This document shows, piece by piece, positions 1-7,623 of a stretch of 35,929 nt of DNA. The notes under the pieces were generated by a model. The model worked only from the letters and a program-made list of their open reading frames with translations. It was not told the DNA's origin and made no database searches. The stretch lies in IMG/VR virus record IMGVR_UViG_2537561992_000022. The stretch is one strand, 5' to 3'. Within the stretch, counting starts at the first letter, position 1. Each line of letters starts with the position of its first letter. This stretch comes from a virus. Lineage: Duplodnaviria; Heunggongvirae; Uroviricota; Caudoviricetes. Made by a program: the position numbers and the translations under genes.

Positions 1-588
1 AGTTTCATTATCGCTATTGTGATGCTGATTGCCGCCAGTGTTCTCCTTGTGTGGATGTTCAGCGCCTTCCATTTCCTCCGGATCATCTTCCTGAACTTCA
101 ACCTGATACTCTTCATCGAATGTTTCTTGGTATGTTGCGTCGCCCATCACCGCGCCACAATCAGGGCAGTTGCCGCCGCCGGTCTGACCGCAGGCGGTGC
201 AGGCTTTTTCCACTTCCTGTTGCGCCACTGGTTCAGGCTGTTTCGTTTCTGGCTCGTTTTGTAACGCATTTGGACTGTTTTGTTCCGCTTTTTGGTAGTT
301 CCGTTCCGATTCATGCTGGTTCTGGTTCACAGAATCGCGGGTCTGGATCCCCTTAACCCATTTCGGATCATTCGGGTCACTAATCCCTTCAACAAATTCA
401 CCACGTGATGCAGCAAGCAACTTATCGGCGTCAGGCTGGCTGATATTGGCTGCCTGCATAATTTTGTTTACTTCGTCAGCGGTAACTTTTATCGGCTCTG
501 GTTGTTCTGAATCTTCAGCGGTATCTACATTTTGCGGTAAGCCCGTGTATGTGCCATTTTTCGGGCAAAATATTCTTCTTTTGTGATT
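1..588 (-). CDS. hypothetical prophage early-region protein, partial (frame open to window start); Cys-rich CTACGQ...CPDCG segment
   Basis: Minus-strand frame open from the stop at 589-591 to position 1; protein-like translation; no in-frame ATG before the overlap with the upstream ORF. Confidence 0.4.
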
Positions 589-1208
589 TCAGTGGCGCCA
601 GCAGCCAGTGCCTTATCCAGACCAGAAAGTTTGTTTGCGCGACCGTATTTTTCTCCGTCCTTATCTGCGAAGAGGAAATAGAACGGCCCCTCACGCTCTA
701 CAGATGGTTCAGCTTCCGGCGCGGTTTCATTTTTTGGGATATCAGATACCTCAGTTTCCACTGCATCAGTTTGTGTTTCTGATGACTGGAGAACATCAAC
801 AGTGCCCAGGTCTGTTTCTTCATTCTCAAACACGCCCTTTGTCGTCAGGTATTCGCAGATATATTTGTTCAGTGCTACGGGATCTTTGTGAATGTCGATC
901 GGACGCTCACGGACAAGGCCAAAAATAGTTTGGCGGTCGTAGCGAAGGGCATCAGGCTGTTTGCGCATTGATGCCGAGATACGCTTCCAGTCTTCGCGGT
1001 CGTTGTCGATAACTTCTTTTTTTGCCCAGCGATGGATGCTGCCGTCAATGTTTCCGGCATCCACATCACCAGGCCAGAGAGCGTAGGCCAGTTCGTCATC
1101 CAGTGTTTTCCATGTCTGCTTGTATTCGCGATGAATGGCAGCAATGACCGGGCTGATTTTTCCTGTTGAATTTTCAGTGTACTGAGGTAGCCTGAGTTTA
1201 ACGGACAC
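525..1208 (-). CDS. hypothetical prophage early-region protein; its only start (GTG 1206-1208) lies inside the IS left terminus, so the N-terminus is probably truncated
   Basis: 227-codon ORF in the track; protein-like composition; stop at 525-527. Confidence 0.45.
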   Translation of the reverse strand: MSVKLRLPQYTENSTGKISPVIAAIHREYKQTWKTLDDELAYALWPGDVDAGNIDGSIHRWAKKEVIDNDREDWKRISASMRKQPDALRYDRQTIFGLVRERPIDIHKDPVALNKYICEYLTTKGVFENEETDLGTVDVLQSSETQTDAVETEVSDIPKNETAPEAEPSVEREGPFYFLFADKDGEKYGRANKLSGLDKALAAGATEITKEEYFARKMAHTRAYRKM

Positions 1209-2437
1209 TCCTTCCTGAAATAGAATGGCATCAGAAGGAGCTAATAATGAGCAGAAAAACCCAACGTTACTCTAAAGAGTTCAAAGCCGAAGCTGTCAGA
1301 ACGGTTCTTGAAAATCAACTTTCGATCAGTGAAGGCGCTTCCCGATTATCTCTTCCTGAAGGCACTTTAGGACAATGGGTTACCGCCGCCAGAAAAGGGC
1401 TCGGTACTCCTGGTTCCCGCACGGTGGCTGAACTGGAATCTGAAATTCTGCAACTGCGTAAGGCGTTAAATGAAGCTCGCCTTGAGCGAGATATATTAAA
1501 AAAAGACAACAGCGTATTTTGCACAGGAGTCGCTGAAAAATACGCGTTAATCGAACAATGGCGACAACAATTTCCCATTGAAGCGATGTGTCAGGTATTT
1601 GGTGTATCCAGGAGCGGTTATTACAACTGGGTACAGCATGAACCCTCAGACAGAAAACAAAGTGATGAGCGGCTAAAACTGGAGATTAAGGTGGCACATA
1701 TCCGCACTCGCGAAACATATGGAACCCGGCGGCTCCAGACGGAGCTGGCAGAGAATGGCATCATCGTTGGTCGTGACCGACTGGCACGTCTTCGTAAGGA
1801 GCTAAGGCTACGCTGTAAGCAGAAACGCAAGTTCAGAGCGACTACGAACTCGAACCACAATCTGCCAGTTGCGCCAAATCTGCTGAACCAGACGTTCGCT
1901 CCTACAGCACCAAATCAGGTCTGGGTGGCGGACCTGACGTATGTTGCCACACAGGAGGGATGGTTGTACCTCGCTGGCATCAAAGATGTTTATACGTGCG
2001 AAATTGTCGGCTACGCCATGGGAGAGCGCATGACAAAAGAGCTGACAGGTAAAGCTCTGTTTATGGCGCTCAGGAGCCAGCGCCCACCTGCCGGGCTAAT
2101 CCACCACTCTGATCGAGGTTCACAGTACTGCGCATACGATTACCGGGTCATACAGGAGCAGTTTGGTCTGAAAACATCAATGTCGCGTAAAGGTAACTGT
2201 TACGACAACGCTCCGATGGAAAGCTTCTGGGGAACGCTGAAAAATGAGAGCCTGAGCCACTATCGTTTTAATAACCGGGATGAAGCCATCTCAGTAATAC
2301 GGGAATACATTGAGATTTTCTACAATCGTCAGCGTCGTCACTCTCGTCTGGGGAATATCTCCCCGGCAGCCTTCAGGGAAAAATATCATCAGATGGCTGC
2401 TTAAAAAAAGAACAAATGGTAGTGTCCGCTATTGCCA
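1193..2437 (+). mobile_element. IS3-family insertion sequence, about 1245 bp
   Basis: Imperfect terminal inverted repeats TGAGTTTAACGGACACT (1193-1209) and AGTGTCCGCTATTGCCA (2421-2437), TG...CA ends, enclosing a transposase ORF. Confidence 0.7.
1247..2404 (+). CDS. IS3-family transposase, single in-frame OrfAB-type fusion (385 aa)
   Basis: N-terminal HTH-like region, A7G tract at 1498-1505, then MCQVFGVSRSGYYNW and DDE/rve-like HHSDRGSQY...SRKGNCYDNAPMESF. Confidence 0.85.
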   Translation: MSRKTQRYSKEFKAEAVRTVLENQLSISEGASRLSLPEGTLGQWVTAARKGLGTPGSRTVAELESEILQLRKALNEARLERDILKKDNSVFCTGVAEKYALIEQWRQQFPIEAMCQVFGVSRSGYYNWVQHEPSDRKQSDERLKLEIKVAHIRTRETYGTRRLQTELAENGIIVGRDRLARLRKELRLRCKQKRKFRATTNSNHNLPVAPNLLNQTFAPTAPNQVWVADLTYVATQEGWLYLAGIKDVYTCEIVGYAMGERMTKELTGKALFMALRSQRPPAGLIHHSDRGSQYCAYDYRVIQEQFGLKTSMSRKGNCYDNAPMESFWGTLKNESLSHYRFNNRDEAISVIREYIEIFYNRQRRHSRLGNISPAAFREKYHQMAA

Positions 2438-3118
2438 GTACACCTCATACTGTTGATTGGCTCTGGCGCGGGCGAGATCAACAACAGACGTGTATTTTCC
2501 GGTTTCCTTGCGTTCACCTTCGCGACGTTTTTTCCAGATGCGCATCTCTGCCTGAATTTCGGGCCATTTAGCACCAGGAATACATTTATGCTTAACCCAC
2601 CCAATGGCGTGCAACTTAAGCTCCGGATACATGGCGTTAACTTCTGGCATTTTCATCAACGCTTCAACGATATGTCCGTCGAATGTTGCCATGTCTTCCT
2701 GCAACAATTCCTGTGCGCTAATAACCATATCAACGGTGATGTTTTCACATGTGTCGAACTTAACCATGACAGCGTTCTGTACTTCAGGGGCCAGCTTGTC
2801 AAAAGTGACGTTCATCGGATCGGATTCAGTCTCAACCGGGACAAAAGAAGCAGACTCCTCATCCCAGCGGTTTTCCTGCATATATTCAGCATCCCATGAA
2901 TCGAGGGCAGGGCGGGGTATGCCAGGTTTATCCTCGCAGACAATAAATTTATAAGCGCAGTCCTGAGCAGCCGGATAATGTTCCAGGAACTGCCAGTGAA
3001 ATTTTGCTCGAGCACGGCGTTCGTCGCCAGCTTCAATGGCTGTGGCTACAGCCACAGAGCCTTCTTCCCTTGTTGCCAGTTCGTCAGGAATAGCGGCGCA
3101 AATAAAGACTTTACTCAT
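2429..3118 (-). CDS. ydfE: YdfE-like prophage protein; stop codon lies inside the IS right terminus, so the C-terminus is probably IS-truncated
   Basis: 229-codon ORF with GAGG RBS upstream of the ATG at 3118; last gene of the dicB operon by position. Confidence 0.5.
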   Translation of the reverse strand: MSKVFICAAIPDELATREEGSVAVATAIEAGDERRARAKFHWQFLEHYPAAQDCAYKFIVCEDKPGIPRPALDSWDAEYMQENRWDEESASFVPVETESDPMNVTFDKLAPEVQNAVMVKFDTCENITVDMVISAQELLQEDMATFDGHIVEALMKMPEVNAMYPELKLHAIGWVKHKCIPGAKWPEIQAEMRIWKKRREGERKETGKYTSVVDLARARANQQYEVYWQ

Positions 3119-3211
3119 TTTGTTTTAACCTCATGACAGATTTAAGGATGAACAAATCCCTGCCATTGCTGGCATATAAGAATGAAACCGGATATTTATT
3201 ACGGAACTGTT

Positions 3212-3403
3212 TTAAAGACCTGCCGGGATTTCGATATTATCCTGGTGAATAACTTTATCGACCGGGTAACAGTTACCGGGAATTTTCTGTTCGGTTGCTG
3301 CAGTCATACACTCCTGCATTGTCCTGTGAACACTGACTGCAATATCAACTGGCACTCCGGAAACAAGAAAAACTGTCAGAACAAGCGCAAATGCTGAATT
3401 CAT
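3212..3403 (-). CDS. ydfD: YdfD-like small protein (63 aa) with N-terminal hydrophobic segment
   Basis: ATG at 3403 overlaps the dicB stop (ATGA overlap); MNSAFALVLTVFLVSG signal-like N-terminus; size and position match recalled YdfD. Confidence 0.6.
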   Translation of the reverse strand: MNSAFALVLTVFLVSGVPVDIAVSVHRTMQECMTAATEQKIPGNCYPVDKVIHQDNIEIPAGL

Positions 3404-3588
3404 TGTGCACATCCTTTTGGCATCAGACGTAAACGAGCCAGCATTGAAACAATGCATATTTTATTTAATAGCTCCCGTTCTTGTTTTCTCTTGTTAATGG
3501 CATCTTCAGTAAATACAGGGTTACTGATAGTGACACCAATTTCAAAACAACCTTCAGACGTATTAACGTTTGGTAATAACGTTTTCAT
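3400..3588 (-). CDS. dicB: cell-division inhibitor DicB (62 aa)
   Basis: Translation MKTLLPNVNTSEGCFEIGVTISNPVF...MPKGCAQ matches recalled DicB; lies downstream of DicF on the same strand. Confidence 0.8.
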   Translation of the reverse strand: MKTLLPNVNTSEGCFEIGVTISNPVFTEDAINKRKQERELLNKICIVSMLARLRLMPKGCAQ

Positions 3589-3757
3589 TATCGCGTCCTC
3601 AACAATGAATTTTGTGATGCAGTGCCTGGTGCCTCCAGGTGACGTTAACCAGTTAACAATTAACGTCGGATACAGAGAATCCACCCATAACACTGTTTTT
3701 GGTTTTAACTGTTCCGCGTGCGCTCAGCCGCATTCACCGCATCACAAAATTCACTTT

Positions 3758-3815
3758 AAAAAGGGCGGCAGAGCAGTCACGGAGTAAAACTGATACCGCC
3801 AAACGTCACCAGAAA
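3758..3815 (-). ncRNA. dicF: DicF small regulatory RNA with 3' stem-loop and U-tail
   Basis: Minus strand reads TTTCTGGTGACGTTTGGCGGTATCAGTTTTACTCCGTGACTGCTCTGCCGCCCTTTTT, matching recalled DicF; GGCGG/CCGCC stem then T-run. Confidence 0.8.
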
Positions 3816-4074
3816 ATTGATAACAGAGGGCGTTGCAGCGGGGTTGTCACTTAAGCGTATGGTCAACCTGACAACCCGGTGTCCTCAACGGGGAAGGAAT
3901 AACCCCGCCATACTTACCGCCGCGCCATTTTGCGGGTTGCCACAACCGGAAGCGCACGGTCGAATTAAATTTAACGACACCGTACAGTGAGACGAACTTC
4001 GCCGTGCGCTTTCGTGTTGTGTGCCTGCTTTTAACCACGTCAGGCGAGGTGGTATCCTTAAAATCACCACAGTT

Positions 4075-4650
4075 TTAAGGATTCATTAAGCAATGTCGCA
4101 ACCACCAATAAATCCGCTTAAGAACATGAAAATTGATTACTGGTATAAAGCGCTTACAGTTGTTGGCGCTGCGTTGTTTGTCTTTAATGGAACGTCTTTT
4201 TTTGACAGATATCCCGTTGTTCCATTGGGTTTTTTGTCCTCCGGCATCTTTTTTATTGGTTTGGGGGAGTGGATTAATCACCCTCTCATAGTGAGATTTA
4301 TTGGTCCTGGAGTTTGGACTCGTGGATATAATCGTTCTTCGTGCGCACTCGGTATCATCTTCGACATACTTGGTTGTTTCCTGATTGTTACAGGAGTCGT
4401 CAAGTTCTTCTGATGTAAAACCGCAAATGGGGCACGTAACGGGAATTTTGAAAAGCGTTTCTCCGGGTTCCAGAACAAAATTTTCTGCGGTCTGATTTTG
4501 CTTCTCATATTTGTGCTCCGCGTCATTGTGAGAGCACATTCTTATTCTGAGTGCCTGTTTAAACTCACTGAAGCTGAGAGCTTCTTCGCCTTCGGCAAGG
4601 CCTTCGAAGTATTCTTCGTAAGCCTTTTCCATGATTGTGTTGAAATCCAT
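4075..4650 (-). CDS. hypothetical protein in the ydfB/ydfC position; acidic N-terminal half with a CPIC motif, basic low-complexity C-terminal half; extent uncertain
   Basis: ATG at 4648-4650 sits 1 nt after the ydfA-like stop with GGTGA RBS; frame open for 192 codons; C-terminal two thirds overlap an opposite-strand ORF in antisense register. Confidence 0.35.
   Translation of the reverse strand: MDFNTIMEKAYEEYFEGLAEGEEALSFSEFKQALRIRMCSHNDAEHKYEKQNQTAENFVLEPGETLFKIPVTCPICGFTSEELDDSCNNQETTKYVEDDTECARRTIISTSPNSRTNKSHYERVINPLPQTNKKDAGGQKTQWNNGISVKKRRSIKDKQRSANNCKRFIPVINFHVLKRIYWWLRHCLMNP
4093..4413 (+). CDS. candidate small membrane protein with three hydrophobic segments, antisense to the dicB operon; may be a shadow ORF
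   Basis: 106-codon ORF with three roughly 20-residue hydrophobic stretches separated by charged loops; AAGGA 11 nt upstream of the ATG. Confidence 0.2.
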   Translation: MSQPPINPLKNMKIDYWYKALTVVGAALFVFNGTSFFDRYPVVPLGFLSSGIFFIGLGEWINHPLIVRFIGPGVWTRGYNRSSCALGIIFDILGCFLIVTGVVKFF

Positions 4651-4651
4651 A

Positions 4652-4807
4652 TCACTCACCTGAGTTTCTTTCCAGCCAGCGACGGGCACCATTTTCGGTT
4701 TTAAACGTTTTGCTTTTGGTATACGTCATCGCGGTGAACGTGCCGTCCTGGTTGGGGAACACGCCACATACCAGAGATTCGCTGTTGCCAAGATCGATAG
4801 TATCCAT
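4652..4807 (-). CDS. ydfA: YdfA-like small protein (51 aa)
   Basis: ATG at 4805-4807; 51 codons; first gene downstream of dicA on the same strand, as in the recalled K-12 dicB operon. Confidence 0.5.
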   Translation of the reverse strand: MDTIDLGNSESLVCGVFPNQDGTFTAMTYTKSKTFKTENGARRWLERNSGE

Positions 4808-4999
4808 GCTGACCTCATTTCCCCTTAACGCCGGGGTAGCGGAACTGTTTGCTGAGAACACCGTGCGGTGTCTTGATGGAGGTAATTTAGTTTTCTCATT
4901 ATTTTTCGTCAAGGTTTTTTGATGAGAAAACTCAAGTGTTGGCGCAAGATAAAGCCAATACATTGAAATGTAAGGCTTTAAAATTTTGTGAAGGGATGA

Positions 5000-5407
5000 T
5001 TATTGATGCTTGTTGCGTTTGCGAGCCTCTAATAGCTCGGTGAACAGGCGATTAAAATTCTCAACGCGGGCGCGGAGTTCGCTGAGTTGTGCTTGTTGCT
5101 CTGATTTAGGAAGTGCGCGATACAAACGCAGCATCTCTAACTCATCTTCCGATAAGTCTAAGGCACTATCGAGTGAAACAGGGGGAGCTGGTGTTTTGTC
5201 CTCGTCGCCAAACAGTATCCAAGTTGGTGAACATTGCAATACCTCGGCGAGGCGATGCAAATTTTGCCCGCGCGGGGCTGTATGGTCACTTTCCCATAAT
5301 GAAATTGATGAGCCAGATACGCCAGCAGCTTTGCTTAAACCGTTTTGACTTAAGCCTACCTGCTTACGTCTTTCTCTAATGCGTTGACCTAAAGTTTTCT
5401 CGTTCAT
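5000..5407 (-). CDS. dicA: DicA repressor (XRE-family HTH, 135 aa)
   Basis: Translation from the ATG at 5407 (MNEKTLGQRIRERRKQVGLSQ...NLHRLAEVLQCSPTWILFGDEDK) matches recalled DicA in sequence and length. Confidence 0.85.
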   Translation of the reverse strand: MNEKTLGQRIRERRKQVGLSQNGLSKAAGVSGSSISLWESDHTAPRGQNLHRLAEVLQCSPTWILFGDEDKTPAPPVSLDSALDLSEDELEMLRLYRALPKSEQQAQLSELRARVENFNRLFTELLEARKRNKHQ

Positions 5408-5484
5408 ATTTAGATATCTTAATAACCCTTGACTTGAGATTCCTTGAGTGATTAGCATTGAGAAAACTCAATATTGGAGGTGCG
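5408..5484. promoter_or_regulatory. divergent dicA/dicC promoter-operator region with TTGAG repeats and the palindrome TTGAGAAAACTCAA (5458-5471)
   Basis: 77-bp intergenic region between divergent repressor and Cro-like genes containing direct and inverted TTGAG/CTCAA repeats. Confidence 0.5.
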
Positions 5485-5712
5485 ATGTTTAAATCAGACG
5501 TAATTAATTTTTACGGTACGAAAGCCAAAGTAGCGAAAGCTGCTGGCGTTGACCCATCTGCTGTTTCTCAATGGCAAGAGCTGGTTCCTGAAGGTCGCGC
5601 GATGCGTCTACAGGAGGCATCTGGCGGCGAGCTTCTGTATGATCCCAAGGTTTATGACGAATATCGTAAGACGAAGCGGGCGGGGCGGTTGAACAATGAA
5701 AATCACTCCTGA
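5485..5712 (+). CDS. dicC: DicC / Cro-like regulator (75 aa)
   Basis: GGAGG RBS before the ATG at 5485; divergent from dicA; translation resembles recalled DicC. Confidence 0.7.
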   Translation: MFKSDVINFYGTKAKVAKAAGVDPSAVSQWQELVPEGRAMRLQEASGGELLYDPKVYDEYRKTKRAGRLNNENHS

Positions 5713-6217
5713 ACAGGCTCGTGAGGCTCTGGATGCCTGGATATGTCGACCAGGAATGACACAGGAGCAGGCGACGATATTAATCACTGAAGCATTCTGG
5801 GCTTTGAAAGAGCGCCCGAACATCGATGTTCAGCGTGTCACAGATGAAGGTGGCGCGGTTGATCAGCGAGCACTTGGCGTTAATCGAGTGAAGATATTCG
5901 AACGCTGGAAGGCTATCGACACCAGGGATAAGCGTGAAAAGTTCACGGCGCTAGTGCCTGCAATTATGGAGGCTATTCGGATTAATGATTTCAGGTTGTA
6001 TCGTGAAATTAGTGACGGAAAAAGCATCACGTACATGATCGCCGGGTTAAACAAAGAATATGGCGATGTGGTGGAGTCCGGACTGCTTTTTGCTGATCCT
6101 GCCGTAGTGGATCGTGAAACTGACGAACTTATAGAAAAAGCAATTGCTTTCAAACTTGCGTATCGACAGCAATACCAACAAAAAGCTGGATGGAATTATG
6201 AGCCTTCTTTTTGCTGA
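5696..6217 (+). CDS. YdaT-like prophage protein in the cII position
   Basis: 173-codon ORF overlapping the dicC stop; family assignment is by position and general resemblance only. Confidence 0.45.
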   Translation: MKITPEQAREALDAWICRPGMTQEQATILITEAFWALKERPNIDVQRVTDEGGAVDQRALGVNRVKIFERWKAIDTRDKREKFTALVPAIMEAIRINDFRLYREISDGKSITYMIAGLNKEYGDVVESGLLFADPAVVDRETDELIEKAIAFKLAYRQQYQQKAGWNYEPSFC

Positions 6218-7163
6218 ACGCCCACTGGTTATAAACACACAGCTTGCGATGAAGATTGGCTTAAATGAAGCCATTGTGTTGCAGCAGTTGCATTACTGGT
6301 TGAGAGATACCAATTCCGGCATGGAATGTGATGGTGTTCGCTGGATTTACAACACAACGGAACAATGGCTGGAACAGTTCCCATTCTGGTCAGAGTCAAC
6401 GTTAAAGCGCGCGTTTGCAAGTCTGAAAACGCTGGGGCTTTTGCGTTGTGAAAAGCTCAATAAATCAAAGCGCGATATGACCAATTTCTACACGATCAAC
6501 TACGGGAGCGAGCTTTTAGATGGTGGCAAATTGAGCGAATCCATCGGTTTAAAATGCGCCGCTCCATCAGGTCAAAATGACACGATGGAAGAGGTCAAAA
6601 TGAAACGCTCCATTGGTTCAAAACGACCCAATGTCATCGGGTCAAAATGGCCTGATGATCTTACAGAGAATACAACAGAGATTACTACAGAGAATAAAAA
6701 CACTTTTCGTCCGGAAGCTTCGCAACCGGACCAGCAGACCGCTGAACAGGATTTTTTAACCCGGAACCCCGACGCGGTTGTGTTTAGTGCGAAAAAACGC
6801 CAGTGGGGTAGCAGGGAGGATTTGGCGTGTGCGCAGTGGATTTGGGGGCGGATCGTGAACCTTTACGAACAGGCTGCCAGCGACGATGGAGAGATCATGC
6901 GACCAAAAGAGCCTAACTGGACAGCCTGGGCCAATGACGTGCGCACAATGCGGATGCTGGATGGCAGAAGCCACAGACAAATTTGCGAAATGTTTGGTCG
7001 GGTACAGCGAGATCAATTCTGGGTAAAAAACATCATGAGCCCGTCAAAACTCCGCGAAAAATGGGACGAACTGGTCATCCGCCTGGGACGTTCACCTGTA
7101 CAGCGTTGTGTGAATCATATTTCTGAACCGGATACAGAAATTCCGCCTGGTTTCAGGGGATAA
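6198..7163 (+). CDS. lambda O-like replication initiator with internal origin iterons
   Basis: N-terminal domain typical of phage replication initiators (LVINTQLAMKIGLNEAIVLQQLHYWL); five iterons in the linker-coding region. Confidence 0.6.
   Translation: MSLLFAERPLVINTQLAMKIGLNEAIVLQQLHYWLRDTNSGMECDGVRWIYNTTEQWLEQFPFWSESTLKRAFASLKTLGLLRCEKLNKSKRDMTNFYTINYGSELLDGGKLSESIGLKCAAPSGQNDTMEEVKMKRSIGSKRPNVIGSKWPDDLTENTTEITTENKNTFRPEASQPDQQTAEQDFLTRNPDAVVFSAKKRQWGSREDLACAQWIWGRIVNLYEQAASDDGEIMRPKEPNWTAWANDVRTMRMLDGRSHRQICEMFGRVQRDQFWVKNIMSPSKLREKWDELVIRLGRSPVQRCVNHISEPDTEIPPGFRG
6542..6650 (+). repeat. five about 23-bp-spaced iterons (consensus CATCNGGTCAAAATG), followed by an AT-rich ACAGAGAWTA x3 segment at 6662-6702; putative phage ori
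   Basis: Repeats start near 6542, 6565, 6589, 6612 and 6635; arrangement parallels ori-lambda inside gene O. Confidence 0.55.
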
Positions 7164-7203
7164 GTGTTGATTTTAGGGTATAAAGTAATGTTCAGGAGGA
7201 CTT

Positions 7204-7623
7204 GTGGCAAAAGTTTTTACACAAGAAGAGCGGGAAAAAATTAAAGGGCAGGTGGTGGAACTCGTACGCCAGAGTGGGCGCGAGACGTTACGACAACTGG
7301 AAGCTAAAACTGGGGCAACAAGATATCTGATGAGCGTTCTGGCCAGAGAGCTGGTTGCCAGTGGCGATGTATACAGCTCTGGTTACGGGTTATTCCCGTC
7401 TGAACAGGCGCGTAAGGACTGGCAAAACGCCCGCAAAAAACTCTCGAGGGCAAAGGTGAAGAAACCTGCTGTGGTTGATCCGGACCTTATCTGGTCATTA
7501 CCTGACGGAGAAATACGTCGCTACGACAGTCGTCTAAACATAATCTGTCGCGAGTGCCGGAAGGCAAGGAGAAGCAGGCTATTGTTAACACCAAGCTGTA
7601 ATGTCCCCTTTGAACCATTCTAA
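7204..7623 (+). CDS. hypothetical protein in the helicase-loader position; possibly truncated by the downstream IS
   Basis: 139-codon ORF; no resemblance to lambda P or DnaC that I can recognise. Confidence 0.4.
   Translation: MAKVFTQEEREKIKGQVVELVRQSGRETLRQLEAKTGATRYLMSVLARELVASGDVYSSGYGLFPSEQARKDWQNARKKLSRAKVKKPAVVDPDLIWSLPDGEIRRYDSRLNIICRECRKARRSRLLLTPSCNVPFEPF

Noticed and set aside
19-356. Plus-strand ORFs of 81 and 101 codons at the left edge
   Set aside because: Antisense shadows of the minus-strand early-region gene; Cys/Arg/Pro-rich low-complexity translations and no RBS.
549-928. Plus-strand ORFs of 77 and 106 codons
   Set aside because: They overlap the protein-like minus-strand gene at 525-1208 and have odd composition; judged shadow ORFs.
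2432-2954. Plus-strand ORFs antisense to the ydfE-like gene
   Set aside because: Embedded in a coherent minus-strand gene with an RBS; no independent support.
3847-4070. Two overlapping minus-strand ORFs (61 and 63 codons) just upstream of DicF, a possible ydfC-like gene
   Set aside because: Two competing frames, no clear RBS, very basic translations; the region more likely forms the structured precursor of DicF. Left uncalled.
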